DNA of 64,000 bases from positions 12,586,001 to 12,650,000 of the forward strand of contig OZ059895.1 of the NCBI GenBank assembly GCA_964057225.1, written 5' to 3'. A program made the position numbers and the translations under genes. Of the stretch, positions 1 to 15,004 are shown piece by piece. Position 1 is the stretch's first letter. The number at the start of each line of letters is the position of its first letter. The notes below the pieces were generated by a model that ran no database searches, had not been told where the DNA came from, and saw only the letters and a program-made list of their open reading frames with translations. This DNA is from Auanema rhodensis (Eukaryota; Animalia; Nematoda).

Positions 1-138
1 GATATTTTGATGCCTTGGGTTGAGCTATCTAAGTAAAACTGCTGGAAAATTAAAAACATTTGTTACGGAAGAGATAAAATTGAAAATCAGCTGCATTGCG
101 TACTTTCAACGTGGTATGATCGTTAAAAAAATTTGAAA

Positions 139-257
139 AGCTTACGGCACCCGGGATTCCCAAGCCGTCTCCGATCCAAGTACTAACCGGGCCCAACGTT
201 GCTTGACTTGCCAGATCGGACGGGATGGCGTACTTTCAACGTGGTATGGTCGTAAGC
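139..257 (-). rRNA. 5S rRNA (representative full copy)
   Basis: Reverse complement is GCTTACGACCATACCACGTTGAAAGTACGCCATCCCGTCCGATCTGGCAAGTCAAGCAACGTTGGGCCCGGTTAGTACTTGGATCGGAGACGGCTTGGGAATCCCGGGTGCCGTAAGCT: 119 nt, terminal GCTTAC/GTAAGC helix, conserved CCGATCT and TTAGTACTTGGAT, followed by oligo-T Pol III terminators. Confidence 0.97.
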
Positions 258-1465
258 GAAAATACCTGATATTCAATGATTTACATACTTATCCTCGTTA
301 TTGTTTTTTTTCCAATTTCATGTTAGTTATGTAATTTTCTACGTTACATCTAAATCCCTCGATGATATCAAATCTTATGAGATCCAAATACAATAAAATA
401 AAAAAGGTTTCACAGTTGTATAGTGTTAAAACAATGTTTGTTTCAATAGGAAATAGATAGAAACAGTAAAGTTAAGATGAAGGTTCATAAACTACTGGTT
501 TATAACTGTAATATAGAAATAAGATTGAAGATATTTTGATGCCTTGGGTTGAGCTATCTAAGTAAAACTGCTGGAAAATTAAAAACATTTGTTACGGAAG
601 AGATAAAATTGAAAATCAGCTGCATGGCGTACTTTCAACGTGGTATGATCGTGAGCGAAAAAATCTGATATTCAATGATTTACATACTTATCCTCGTTAT
701 TGTTTTTTTTTCAATTTCATGTTAGTTATGTAATTTTCTACGTTACATCTAAATTCCTCGATGATATCAAATCTTATGAGCTCCAAATACAATAAATTAA
801 AAAAGATTTCACAGTTGTATAGTGTTAAAACAATGTTTGTTTCAATAGGAAATAGATAGAAACAGTAAAGTTAAGATGAAGGTTCATAAACTACTGGTTT
901 ATAACTGTAACATAGAAATAAGATTGAAGATATTTTGATGCCTTGGGTTGAGCTATCTAAGTAAAACTGCTGGAAAATTAAAAACATTTGTTACGGAAGA
1001 GATAAAATTGAAAATCAGCTGCATGGCGTACTTTCAACGTGGTATGGTCGTGAGCGAAAAAATCTGATATTCAATGATTTACATACTTATCCTCGTTATT
1101 GTTTTTTTTTCAATTTCATGTTAGTTATGTAATTTTCTACGTTACATCTAAATTCCTCGATGATATCAAATCTTATGAGCTCCAAATACAATAAATTAAA
1201 AAAGGTTTCACAGTTGTATAGTGTTAAAACAATGTTTGTTTCAATAGGAAATAGATAGAAACAGTAAAGTTAAGATGAAGGTTCATAAACTACTGGTTTA
1301 TAACTGTAATATAGAAATAAGATTGAAGATATTTTGATGCCTTGGGTTGAGCTATCTAAGTAAAACTGCTGGAAAATTAAAAACATTTGTTACGGAAGAG
1401 ATAAAATTGAAAATCAGCTGCATTGCGTACTTTCAACGTGGTATGATCGTTAAAAAAATTTGAAA

Positions 1466-1584
1466 AGCTTACGGCACCCGGGATTCCCAAGCCGTCTCCG
1501 ATCCAAGTACTAACCGGGCCCAACGTTGCTTGACTTGCCAGATCGGACGGGATGGCGTACTTTCAACGTGGTATGGTCGTAAGC
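1466..1584 (-). rRNA. 5S rRNA
   Basis: Same sequence as 139-257. Confidence 0.95.
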
Positions 1585-3989
1585 GAAAATACCTGATATT
1601 CAATGATTTACATACTTATCCTCGTTATTGTTTTTTTTCCAATTTCATGTTAGTTATGTAATTTTCTACGTTACATCTAAATCCCTCGATGATATCAAAT
1701 CTTATGAGATCCAAATACAATAAAATAAAAAAGGTTTCACAGTTGTATAGTGTTAAAACAATGTTTGTTTCAATAGGAAATAGATAGAAACAGTAAAGTT
1801 AAGATGAAGGTTCATAAACTACTGGTTTATAACTGTAATATAGAAATAAGATTGAAGATATTTTGATGCCTTGGGTTGAGCTATCTAAGTAAAACTGCTG
1901 GAAAATTAAAAACATTTGTTACGGAAGAGATAAAATTGAAAATCAGCTGCATGGCGTACTTTCAACGTGGTATGATCGTGAGCGAAAAAATCTGATATTC
2001 AATGATTTACATACTTATCCTCGTTATTGTTTTTTTTTCAATTTCATGTTAGTTATGTAATTTTCTACGTTACATCTAAATTCCTCGATGATATCAAATC
2101 TTATGAGCTCCAAATACAATAAATTAAAAAAGGTTTCACAGTTGTATAGTGTTAAAACAATGTTTGTTTCAATAGGAAATAGATAGAAACAGTAAAGTTA
2201 AGATGAAGGTTCATAAACTACTGGTTTATAACTGTAACATAGAAATAAGATTGAAGATATTTTGATGCCTTGGGTTGAGCTATCTAAGTAAAACTGCTGG
2301 AAAATTAAAAACATTTGTTACGGAAGAGATAAAATTGAAAATCAGCTGCATGGCGTACTTTCAACGTGGTATGGTCGTGAGCGAAAAAATCTGATATTCA
2401 ATGATTTACATACTTATCCTCGTTATTGTTTTTTTTTCAATTTCATGTTAGTTATGTAATTTTCTACGTTACATCTAAATTCCTCGATGATATCAAATCT
2501 TATGAGCTCCAAATACAATAAATTAAAAAAGGTTTCACAGTTGTATAGTGTTAAAACAATGTTTGTTTCAATAGGAAATAGATAGAAACAGTAAAGTTAA
2601 GATGAAGGTTCATAAACTACTGGTTTATAACTGTAATATAGAAATAAGATTGAAGATATTTTGATGCCTTGGGTTGAGCTATCTAAGTAAAACTGCTGGA
2701 AAATTAAAAACATTTGTTACGGAAGAGATAAAATTGAAAATCAGCTGCATGGCGTACTTTCAACGTGGTATGGTCGTAAGCGAAAATACCTGATATTCAA
2801 TGATTTACATACTTATCCTCGTTATTGTTTTTTTTCCAATTTCATGTTAGTTATGTAATTTTCTACGTTACATCTAAATCCCTCGATGATATCAAATCTT
2901 ATGAGATCCAAATACAATAAATTAAAAAAGGTTTCACAGTTGTATAGTGTTTAAACAATGTTTGTTTCAATAGGAAATAGATAGAAACAGTAAAGTTAAG
3001 ATGAAGGTTCATAAACTACTGGTTTATAACTGTAATATAGAAATAAGATTGAAGATATTTTGATGCCTTGGGTTGAGCTATCTAAGTAAAACTGCTGGAA
3101 AATTAAAAACATTTGTTACGGAAGAGATAAAATTGAAAATCAGCTGCATGGCGTACTTTCAACGTGGTATGGTCGTAAGCGAAAAAATCTGATATTCAAT
3201 GATTTACATACTTATCCTCGTTATTGTTTTTTTTCCAATTTCATGTTAGTTATGTAATTTTCTACGTTACATCTAAATTCCTCGATGATATCAAATCTTA
3301 TGAGCTCCAAATACAATAAATTAAAAAAGGTTTCACAGTTGTATAGTGTTTGAACAATGTTTGTTTCAATAGGAAATAGATAGAAACAGTAAAGTTAAGA
3401 TGAAGGTTCATAAACTACTGGTTTATAACTGTAACATAGAAATAAGATTGAAGATATTTTGATGCCTTGGGTTGAGCTATCTAAGTAAAACTGCTGGAAA
3501 ATTAAAAACATTTGTTACGGAAGAGATAAAATTGAAAATCAGCTGCATGGCGTACTTTCAACGTGGTATGGTCGTGAGCGAAAAAATCTGATATTCAATG
3601 ATTTACATACTTATCCTCGTTATTGTTTTTTTTTCAATTTCATGTTAGTTATGTAATTTTCTACGTTACATCTAAATTCCTCGATGATATCAAATCTTAT
3701 GAGCTCCAAATACAATAAATTAAAAAAGGTTTCACAGTTGTATAGTGTTAAAACAATGTTTGTTTCAATAGGAAATAGATGGAAACAGTAAAGTTAAGAT
3801 GAAGGTTCATAAACCACTGGTTTATAACTGTAATATAGAAATAAGATTGAAGATATTTTGATGCCTTGGGTTGAGCTATCTAAGTAAAACTGCTGGAAAA
3901 TTAAAAACATTTGTTACGGAAGAGATAAAATTGAAAATCAGCTGCATTGCGTACTTTCAACGTGGTATGATCGTTAAAAAAATTTGAAA

Positions 3990-4108
3990 AGCTTACGGCA
4001 CCCGGGATTCCCAATCCGTCTCCGATCCAAGTACTAACCGGGCCCAACGTTGCTTGACTTGCCAGATCGGACGGGATGGCGTACTTTCAACGTGGTATGG
4101 TCGTAAGC
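3990..4108 (-). rRNA. 5S rRNA (variant GACGGATTGGG)
   Basis: Full copy, ccaatccg instead of ccaagccg. Confidence 0.93.
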
Positions 4109-4917
4109 GAAAATACCTGATATTCAATGATTTACATACTTATCCTCGTTATTGTTTTTTTTCCAATTTCATGTTAGTTATGTAATTTTCTACGTTACAT
4201 CTAAATCCCTCGATGATATCAAATCTTATGAGATCCAAATACAATAAAATAAAAAAGGTTTCACAGTTGTATAGTGTTAAAACAATGTTTGTTTCAATAG
4301 GAAATAGATAGAAACAGTAAAGTTAAGATGAAGGTTCATAAACTACTGGTTTATAACTGTAACATAGAAATAAGATTGAAGATATTTTGATGCCTTGGGT
4401 TGAGCTATCTAAGTAAAACTGCTGGAAAATTAAAAACATTTGTTACGGAAGAGATAAAATTGAAAATCAGCTGCATGGCGTACTTTCAACGTGGTATGGT
4501 CGTGAGCGAAAAAATCTGATATTCAATGATTTACATACTTATCCTCGTTATTGTTTTTTTTTCAATTTCATGTTAGTTATGTAATTTTCTACGTTACATC
4601 TAAATTCCTCGATGATATCAAATCTTATGAGCTCCAAATACAATAAATTAAAAAAGGTTTCACAGTTGTATAGTGTTAAAACAATGTTTGTTTCAATAGG
4701 AAATAGATGGAAACAGTAAAGTTAAGATGAAGGTTCATAAACCACTGGTTTATAACTGTAATATAGAAATAAGATTGAAGATATTTTGATGCCTTGGGTT
4801 GAGCTATCTAAGTAAAACTGCTGGAAAATTAAAAACATTTGTTACGGAAGAGATAAAATTGAAAATCAGCTGCATTGCGTACTTTCAACGTGGTATGATC
4901 GTTAAAAAAATTTGAAA

Positions 4918-5036
4918 AGCTTACGGCACCCGGGATTCCCAATCCGTCTCCGATCCAAGTACTAACCGGGCCCAACGTTGCTTGACTTGCCAGATCGGAC
5001 GGGATGGCGTACTTTCAACGTGGTATGGTCGTAAGC
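4918..5036 (-). rRNA. 5S rRNA (variant GACGGATTGGG)
   Basis: Full copy, same SNP as 3990. Confidence 0.93.
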
Positions 5037-6244
5037 GAAAATACCTGATATTCAATGATTTACATACTTATCCTCGTTATTGTTTTTTTTCCAATTTCAT
5101 GTTAGTTATGTAATTTTCTACGTTACATCTAAATCCCTCGATGATATCAAATCTTATGAGATCCAAATACAATAAAATAAAAAAGGTTTCACAGTTGTAT
5201 AGTGTTAAAACAATGTTTGTTTCAATAGGAAATAGATAGAAACAGTAAAGTTAAGATGAAGGTTCATAAACTACTGGTTTATAACTGTAATATAGAAATA
5301 AGATTGAAGATATTTTGATGCCTTGGGTTGAGCTATCTAAGTAAAACTGCTGGAAAATTAAAAACATTTGTTACGGAAGAGATAAAATTGAAAATCAGCT
5401 GCATGGCGTACTTTCAACGTGGTATGATCGTGAGCGAAAAAATCTGATATTCAATGATTTACATACTTATCCTCGTTATTGTTTTTTTTTCAATTTCATG
5501 TTAGTTATGTAATTTTCTACGTTACATCTAAATTCCTCGATGATATCAAATCTTATGAGCTCCAAATACAATAAATTAAAAAAGGTTTCACAGTTGTATA
5601 GTGTTAAAACAATGTTTGTTTCAATAGGAAATAGATAGAAACAGTAAAGTTAAGATGAAGGTTCATAAACTACTGGTTTATAACTGTAACATAGAAATAA
5701 GATTGAAGATATTTTGATGCCTTGGGTTGAGCTATCTAAGTAAAACTGCTGGAAAATTAAAAACATTTGTTACGGAAGAGATAAAATTGAAAATCAGCTG
5801 CATGGCGTACTTTCAACGTGGTATGGTCGTGAGCGAAAAAATCTGATATTCAATGATTTACATACTTATCCTCGTTATTGTTTTTTTTTCAATTTCATGT
5901 TAGTTATGTAATTTTCTACGTTACATCTAAATTCCTCGATGATATCAAATCTTATGAGCTCCAAATACAATAAATTAAAAAAGGTTTCACAGTTGTATAG
6001 TGTTAAAACAATGTTTGTTTCAATAGGAAATAGATAGAAACAGTAAAGTTAAGATGAAGGTTCATAAACTACTGGTTTATAACTGTAATATAGAAATAAG
6101 ATTGAAGATATTTTGATGCCTTGGGTTGAGCTATCTAAGTAAAACTGCTGGAAAATTAAAAACATTTGTTACGGAAGAGATAAAATTGAAAATCAGCTGC
6201 ATTGCGTACTTTCAACGTGGTATGATCGTTAAAAAAATTTGAAA

Positions 6245-6363
6245 AGCTTACGGCACCCGGGATTCCCAAGCCGTCTCCGATCCAAGTACTAACCGGGCCC
6301 AACGTTGCTTGACTTGCCAGATCGGACGGGATGGCGTACTTTCAACGTGGTATGGTCGTAAGC
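6245..6363 (-). rRNA. 5S rRNA
   Basis: Full copy. Confidence 0.95.
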
Positions 6364-7571
6364 GAAAATACCTGATATTCAATGATTTACATACTTATCC
6401 TCGTTATTGTTTTTTTTCCAATTTCATGTTAGTTATGTAATTTTCTACGTTACATCTAAATCCCTCGATGATATCAAATCTTATGAGATCCAAATACAAT
6501 AAATTAAAAAAGGTTTCACAGTTGTATAGTGTTTAAACAATGTTTGTTTCAATAGGAAATAGATAGAAACAGTAAAGTTAAGATGAAGGTTCATAAACTA
6601 CTGGTTTATAACTGTAATATAGAAATAAGATTGAAGATATTTTGATGCCTTGGGTTGAGCTATCTAAGTAAAACTGCTGGAAAATTAAAAACATTTGTTA
6701 CGGAAGAGATAAAATTGAAAATCAGCTGCATGGCGTACTTTCAACGTGGTATGGTCGTAAGCGAAAAAATCTGATATTCAATGATTTACATACTTATCCT
6801 CGTTATTGTTTTTTTTCCAATATCATGTTAGTTATGTAATTTTCTACGTTACATCTAAATTCCTCGATGATATCAAATCTTATGAGCTCCAAATACAATA
6901 AATTAAAAAAGGTTTCACAGTTGTATAGTGTTTGAACAATGTTTGTTTCAATAGGAAATAGATAGAAACAGTAAAGTTAAGATGAAGGTTCATAAACTAC
7001 TGGTTTATAACTGTAACATAGAAATAAGATTGAAGATATTTTGATGCCTTGGGTTGAGCTATCTAAGTAAAACTGCTGGAAAATTAAAAACATTTGTTAC
7101 GGAAGAGATAAAATTGAAAATCAGCTGCATGGCGTACTTTCAACGTGGTATGGTCGTGAGCGAAAAAATCTGATATTCAATGATTTACATACTTATCCTC
7201 GTTATTGTTTTTTTTTCAATTTCATGTTAGTTATGTAATTTTCTACGTTACATCTAAATTCCTCGATGATATCAAATCTTATGAGCTCCAAATACAATAA
7301 ATTAAAAAAGGTTTCACAGTTGTATAGTGTTAAAACAATGTTTGTTTCAATAGGAAATAGATAGAAACAGTAAAGTTAAGATGAAGGTTCATAAACCACT
7401 GGTTTATAACTGTAATATAGAAATAAGATTGAAGATATTTTGATGCCTTGGGTTGAGCTATCTAAGTAAAACTGCTGGAAAATTAAAAACATTTGTTACG
7501 GAAGAGATAAAATTGAAAATCAGCTGCATTGCGTACTTTCAACGTGGTATGATCGTTAAAAAAATTTGAAA

Positions 7572-7690
7572 AGCTTACGGCACCCGGGATTCCCAATCCG
7601 TCTCCGATCCAAGTACTAACCGGGCCCAACGTTGCTTGACTTGCCAGATCGGACGGGATGGCGTACTTTCAACGTGGTATGGTCGTAAGC
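7572..7690 (-). rRNA. 5S rRNA (variant GACGGATTGGG)
   Basis: Full copy, same SNP as 3990. Confidence 0.93.
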
Positions 7691-9297
7691 GAAAATACCT
7701 GATATTCAATGATTTACATACTTATCCTCGTTATTGTTTTTTTTCCAATTTCATGTTAGTTATGTAATTTTCTACGTTACATCTAAATCCCTCGATGATA
7801 TCAAATCTTATGAGATCCAAATACAATAAAATAAAAAAGGTTTCACAGTTGTATAGTGTTAAAACAATGTTTGTTTCAATAGGAAATAGATAGAAACAGT
7901 AAAGTTAAGATGAAGGTTCATAAACTACTGGTTTATAACTGTAACATAGAAATAAGATTGAAGATATTTTGATGCCTTGGGTTGAGCTATCTAAGTAAAA
8001 CTGCTGGAAAATTAAAAACATTTGTTACGGAAGAGATAAAATTGAAAATCAGCTGCATGGCGTACTTTCAACGTGGTATGGTCGTGAGCGAAAAAATCTG
8101 ATATTCAATGATTTACATACTTATCCTCGTTATTGTTTTTTTTTCAATTTCATGTTAGTTATGTAATTTTCTACGTTACATCTAAATTCCTCGATGATAT
8201 CAAATCTTATGAGCTCCAAATACAATAAATTAAAAAAGGTTTCACAGTTGTATAGTGTTAAAACAATGTTTGTTTCAATAGGAAATAGATAGAAACAGTA
8301 AAGTTAAGATGAAGGTTCATAAACCACTGGTTTATAACTGTAATATAGAAATAAGATTGAAGATATTTTGATGCCTTGGGTTGAGCTATCTAAGTAAAAC
8401 TGCTGGAAAATTAAAAACATTTGTTACGGAAGAGATAAAATTGAAAATCAGCTGCATGGCGTACTTTCAACGTGGTATGATCGTGAGCGAAAAAATCTGA
8501 TATTCAATGATTTACATACTTATCCTCGTTATTGTTTTTTTTTCAATTTCATGTTAGTTATGTAATTTTCTACGTTACATCTAAATTCCTCGATGATATC
8601 AAATCTTATGAGCTCCAAATACAATAAATTAAAAAAGGTTTCACAGTTGTATAGTGTTAAAACAATGTTTGTTTCAATAGGAAATAGATAGAAACAGTAA
8701 AGTTAAGATGAAGGTTCATAAACTACTGGTTTATAACTGTAACATAGAAATAAGATTGAAGATATTTTGATGCCTTGGGTTGAGCTATCTAAGTAAAACT
8801 GCTGGAAAATTAAAAACATTTGTTACGGAAGAGATAAAATTGAAAATCAGCTGCATGGCGTACTTTCAACGTGGTATGGTCGTGAGCGAAAAAATCTGAT
8901 ATTCAATGATTTACATACTTATCCTCGTTATTGTTTTTTTTTCAATTTCATGTTAGTTATGTAATTTTCTACGTTACATCTAAATTCCTCGATGATATCA
9001 AATCTTATGAGCTCCAAATACAATAAATTAAAAAAGGTTTCACAGTTGTATAGTGTTAAAACAATGTTTGTTTCAATAGGAAATAGATAGAAACAGTAAA
9101 GTTAAGATGAAGGTTCATAAACTACTGGTTTATAACTGTAATATAGAAATAAGATTGAAGATATTTTGATGCCTTGGGTTGAGCTATCTAAGTAAAACTG
9201 CTGGAAAATTAAAAACATTTGTTACGGAAGAGATAAAATTGAAAATCAGCTGCATTGCGTACTTTCAACGTGGTATGATCGTTAAAAAAATTTGAAA

Positions 9298-9416
9298 AGC
9301 TTACGGCACCCGGGATTCCCAAGCCGTCTCCGATCCAAGTACTAACCGGGCCCAACGTTGCTTGACTTGCCAGATCGGACGGGATGGCGTACTTTCAACG
9401 TGGTATGGTCGTAAGC
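9298..9416 (-). rRNA. 5S rRNA
   Basis: Full copy. Confidence 0.95.
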
Positions 9417-11821
9417 GAAAATACCTGATATTCAATGATTTACATACTTATCCTCGTTATTGTTTTTTTTCCAATTTCATGTTAGTTATGTAATTTTCTA
9501 CGTTACATCTAAATCCCTCGATGATATCAAATCTTATGAGATCCAAATACAATAAATTAAAAAAGGTTTCACAGTTGTATAGTGTTTAAACAATGTTTGT
9601 TTCAATAGGAAATAGATAGAAACAGTAAAGTTAAGATGAAGGTTCATAAACTACTGGTTTATAACTGTAATATAGAAATAAGATTGAAGATATTTTGATG
9701 CCTTGGGTTGAGCTATCTAAGTAAAACTGCTGGAAAATTAAAAACATTTGTTACGGAAGAGATAAAATTGAAAATCAGCTGCATGGCGTACTTTCAACGT
9801 GGTATGGTCGTAAGCGAAAAAATCTGATATTCAATGATTTACATACTTATCCTCGTTATTGTTTTTTTTCCAATTTCATGTTAGTTATGTAATTTTCTAC
9901 GTTACATCTAAATTCCTCGATGATATCAAATCTTATGAGCTCCAAATACAATAAATTAAAAAAGGTTTCACAGTTGTATAGTGTTTGAACAATGTTTGTT
10001 TCAATAGGAAATAGATAGAAACAGTAAAGTTAAAATGAAGGTTCATAAACTACTGGTTTATAACTGTAATATAGAAATAAGATTGAAGATATTTTGATGC
10101 CTTGGGTTGAGCTATCTAAGTAAAACTGCTGGAAAATTAAAAACATTTGTTACGGAAGAGATAAAATTGAAAATCAGCTGCATGGCGTACTTTCAACGTG
10201 GTATGGTCGTAAGCGAAAAAATCTGATATTCAATGATTTACATACTTATCCTCGTTATTGTTTTTTTTCCAATTTCATGTTAGTTATGTAATTTTCTACG
10301 TTACATCTAAATTCCTCGATGATATCAAATCTTATGAGCTCCAAATACAATAAATTAAAAAAGGTTTCACAGTTGTATAGTGTTTAAACAATATTTGTTT
10401 CAATAGGAAATAGATAGAAACAGTAAAGTTAAAATGAAGGTTCATAAACTACTGGTTTATAACTGTAATATAGAAATAAGATTGAAGATATTTTGATGCC
10501 TTGGGTTGAGCTATCTAAGTAAAACTGCTGGAAAATTAAAAACATTTGTTACGGAAGAGATAAAATTGAAAATCAGCTGCATGGCGTACTTTCAACGTGG
10601 TATGGTCGTAAGCAAAAAAAACTGATATTCAATGATTTACATACTTATCCTCGTTATTGTTTTTTTTCCAATTTCATGTTAGTTATGTAATTTTCTACGT
10701 TACATCTAAATTCCTCGATGATATCAAATCTTATGAGCTCCAAATACAATAAATTAAAAAAGGTTTCACAGTTGTATAGTGTTTGAACAATGTTTGTTTC
10801 AATAGGAAATAGATAGAAACAGTAAAGTTAAGATGAAGGTTCATAAACTACTGGTTTATAACTGTAATATAGAAATAAGATTGAAGATATTTTGATGCCT
10901 TGGGTTGAGCTATCTAAGTAAAACTGCTGGAAAATTAAAAACATTTGTTACGGAAGAGATAAAATTGAAAATCAGCTGCATTGCGTACTTTCAACGTGGT
11001 ATGGTCGTAAGCGAAAAAATCTGATATTCAATGATTTACATACTTATCCTCGTTATTGTTTTTTTTCCAATTTCATGTTAGTTATGTAATTTTCTACGTT
11101 ACATCTAAATCCCTCGATGATATCAAATCTTATGAGATCCAAATACAATAAATTAAAAAAGGTTTCACAGTTGTATAGTGTTTAAACAATGTTTGTTTCA
11201 ATAGGAAATAGATAGAAACAGTAAAGTTAAGATGAAGGTTCATAAACTACTGGTTTATAACTGTAATATAGAAATAAGATTGAAGATATTTTGATGCCTT
11301 GGGTTGAGCTATCTAAGTAAAACTGCTGGAAAATTAAAAACATTTGTTACGGAAGAGATAAAATTGAAAATCAGCTGCATGGCGTACTTTCAACGTGGTA
11401 TGGTCGTAAGCGAAAAAATCTGATATTCAATGATTTACATACTTATCCTCGTTATTGTTTTTTTTCCAATTTCATGTTAGTTATGTAATTTTCTACGTTA
11501 CATCTAAATTCCTCGATGATATCAAATCTTATGAGCTCCAAATACAATAAATTAAAAAAGGTTTCACAGTTGTATAGTGTTTGAACAATGTTTGTTTCAA
11601 TAGGAAATAGATAGAAACAGTAAAGTTAAGATGAAGGTTCATAAACTACTGGTTTATAAATGTAATATAGAAAAAAGATTAAAGATATTTTGATGTCTTG
11701 GGTTGAGCTATCTAAGTAAAACTGCTGGAAAATTAAAAACATTTGTTACGGAAGAGATAAAATTGAAAATCAGCTGCATTGCGTACTTTCAACGTGGTAT
11801 GATCGTTAAAAAAAATTGAAA

Positions 11822-11940
11822 AGCTTACGGCACCCGGGATTCCCAAGCCGTCTCCGATCCAAGTACTAACCGGGCCCAACGTTGCTTGACTTGCCAGATC
11901 GGACGGGATGGCGTACTTTCAACGTGGTATGGTCGTAAGC
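11822..11940 (-). rRNA. 5S rRNA
   Basis: Full copy. Confidence 0.95.
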
Positions 11941-12350
11941 GAAAATACCTGATATTCAATGATTTACATACTTATCCTCGTTATTGTTTTTTTTCCAATT
12001 TCATGTTAGTTATGTAATTTTCTACGTTACATCTAAATTCCTCGATGATATCAAATCTTATGAGCTCCAAATACAATAAATTAAAAAAGGTTTCACAGTT
12101 GTATAGTGTTTGAACAATGTTTGTTTCAATAGGAAATAGATAGAAACAGTAAAGTTAAGATGAAGGTTCATAAACTACTGGTTTATAACTGTAATATAGA
12201 AATAAGATTGAAGATATTTTGATGCCTTGGGTTGAGCTATCTAAGTAAAACTGCTGGAAAATTAAAAACATTTGTTACGGAAGAGATAAAATTGAAAATC
12301 AGCTGCATTGCGTACTTTCAACGTGGTATGATCGTTAAAAAAAATTGAAA

Positions 12351-12469
12351 AGCTTACGGCACCCGGGATTCCCAAGCCGTCTCCGATCCAAGTACTAACC
12401 GGGCCCAACGTTGCTTGACTTGCCAGATCGGACGGGATGGCGTACTTTCAACGTGGTATGGTCGTAAGC
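12351..12469 (-). rRNA. 5S rRNA
   Basis: Full copy. Confidence 0.95.
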
Positions 12470-13677
12470 GAAAAAACCTGATATTCAATGATTTACATAC
12501 TTATCCTCGTTATTGTTTTTTTTCCAATTTCATGTTAGTTATGTAATTTTCTACGTTACATCTAAATTCCTCGATGATATCAAATCTTATGAGCTCCAAA
12601 TACAATAAATTAAAAAAGGTTTCACAGTTGTATAGTGTTTAAACAATGTTTGTTTCAATAGGAAATAGATAGAAACAGTAAAGTTAAAATGAAGGTTCAT
12701 AAACTACTGGTTTATAACTGTAATATAGAAATAAGATTGAAGATATTTTGATGCCTTGGGTTGAGCTATCTAAGTAAAACTGCTTGAAAATTAAAAACAT
12801 TTGTTACGGAAGAGATAAAATTGAAAATCAGCTGCATGGCGTACTTTCAACGTGGTATGGTCGTAAGCGAAAAAATCTGATATTCAATGATTTACATACT
12901 TATCCTCGTTATTGTTTTTTTTCCAATTTCATGTTAGTTATGTAATTTTCTACGTTACATCTAAATCCCTCGATGATATCAAATCTTATGAGATCCAAAT
13001 ACAATAAATTAAAAAAGGTTTCACAGTTGTATAGTGTTTAAACAATGTTTGTTTCAATAGGAAATAGATAGAAACAGTAAAGTTAAGATGAAGGTTCATA
13101 AACTACTGGTTTATAACTGTAATATAGAAATAAGATTGAAGATATTTTGATGCCTTGGGTTGAGCTATCTAAGTAAAACTGCTGGAAAATTAAAAACATT
13201 TGTTACGGAAGAGATAAAATTGAAAATCAGCTGCATGGCGTACTTTCAACGTGGTATGGTCGTAAGCGAAAAAATCTGATATTCAATGATTTACATACTT
13301 ATCCTCGTTATTGTTTTTTTTCCAATTTCATGTTAGTTATGTAATTTTCTACGTTACATCTAAATTCCTCGATGATATCAAATCTTATGAGCTCCAAATA
13401 CAATAAATTAAAAAAGGTTTCACAGTTGTATAGTGTTTGAACAATGTTTGTTTCAATAGGAAATAGATAGAAACAGTAAAGTTAAGATGAAGGTTCATAA
13501 ACTACTGGTTTATAACTGTAATATAGAAATAAGATTGAAGATATTTTGATGCCTTGGGTTGAGCTATCTAAGTAAAACTGCTGGAAAATTAAAAACATTT
13601 GTTACGGAATTGATAAAATTGAAAATCAGCTGCATTGCGTACTTTCAACGTGGTATGATCGTTAAAAAAAATTGAAA

Positions 13678-13796
13678 AGCTTACGGCACCCGGGATTCCC
13701 AAGCCGTCTCCGATCCAAGTACTAACCGGGCCCAACGTTGCTTGACTTGCCAGATCGGACGGGATGGCGTACTTTCAACGTGGTATGGTCGTAAGC
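13678..13796 (-). rRNA. 5S rRNA
   Basis: Full copy. Confidence 0.95.
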
Positions 13797-15004
13797 GAAA
13801 ATACCTGATATTCAATGATTTACATACTTATCCTCGTTATTGTTTTTTTTCCAATTTCATGTTAGTTATGTAATTTTCTACGTTACATCTAAATTCCTCG
13901 ATGATATCAAATCTTATGAGCTCCAAATACAATAAATTAAAAAAGGTTTCACAGTTGTATAGTGTTTAAACAATGTTTGTTTCAATAGGAAATAGATAGA
14001 AACAGTAAAGTTAAAATGAAGGTTCATAAACTACTGGTTTATAACTGTAATATAGAAATAAGATTGAAGATATTTTGATGCCTTGGGTTGAGCTATCTAA
14101 GTAAAACTGCTGGAAAATTAAAAACATTTGTTACGGAAGAGATAAAATTGAAAATCAGCTGCATGGCGTACTTTCAACGTGGTATGGTCGTAAGCGAAAA
14201 AATCTGATATTCAATGATTTACATACTTATCCTCGTTATTGTTTTTTTTCCAATTTCATGTTAGTTATGTAATTTTCTACGTTACATCTAAATTCCTCGA
14301 TGATATCAAATCTTATGAGCTCCAAATACAATAAATTGAAAAAGGTTTCACAGTTGTATAGTGTTTGAACAATGTTTGTTTCAATAGGAAATAGATAGAA
14401 ACAGTAAAGTTAAGATGAAGGTTCATAAACTACTGGTTTATAACTGTAATATAGAAATAAGATTGAAGATATTTTGATGCCTTGGGTTGAGCTATCTAAG
14501 TAAAACTGCTGGAAAATTAAAAACATTTGTTACGGAAGAGATAAAATTGAAAATCAGCTGCATGGCGTACTTTCAACGTGGTATGGTCGTAAGCAAAAAA
14601 ATCTGATATTCAATGATTTACATACTTATCCTCGTTATTGTTTTTTTTCCAATTTCATGTTAGTTATGTAATTTTCTACGTTACATCTAAATTCCTCGAT
14701 GATATCAAATCTTATGAGCTCCAAATACAATAAATTAAAAAAGGTTTCACAGTTGTATAGTGTTTGAACAATGTTTGTTTCAATAGGAAATAGATAGAAA
14801 CAGTAAAGTTAAGATGAAGGTTCATAAACTACTGGTTTATAACTGTAATATAGAAATAAGATTGAAGATATTTTGATGCCTTGGGTTGAGCTATCTAAGT
14901 AAAACTGCTGGAAAATTAAAAACATTTGTTACGGAAGAGATAAAATTGAAAATCAGCTGCATTGCGTACTTTCAACGTGGTATGATCGTTAAAAAAAATT
15001 GAAA

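Noticed and set aside
258-620. SL1 spliced-leader gene in the 5S spacer, as in C. elegans and many nematodes
   Set aside because: GGTTTAATTACCCAAGTTTGAG is not present on either strand; only a short ACCCAAG match. A divergent SL RNA would need an Infernal search to exclude.
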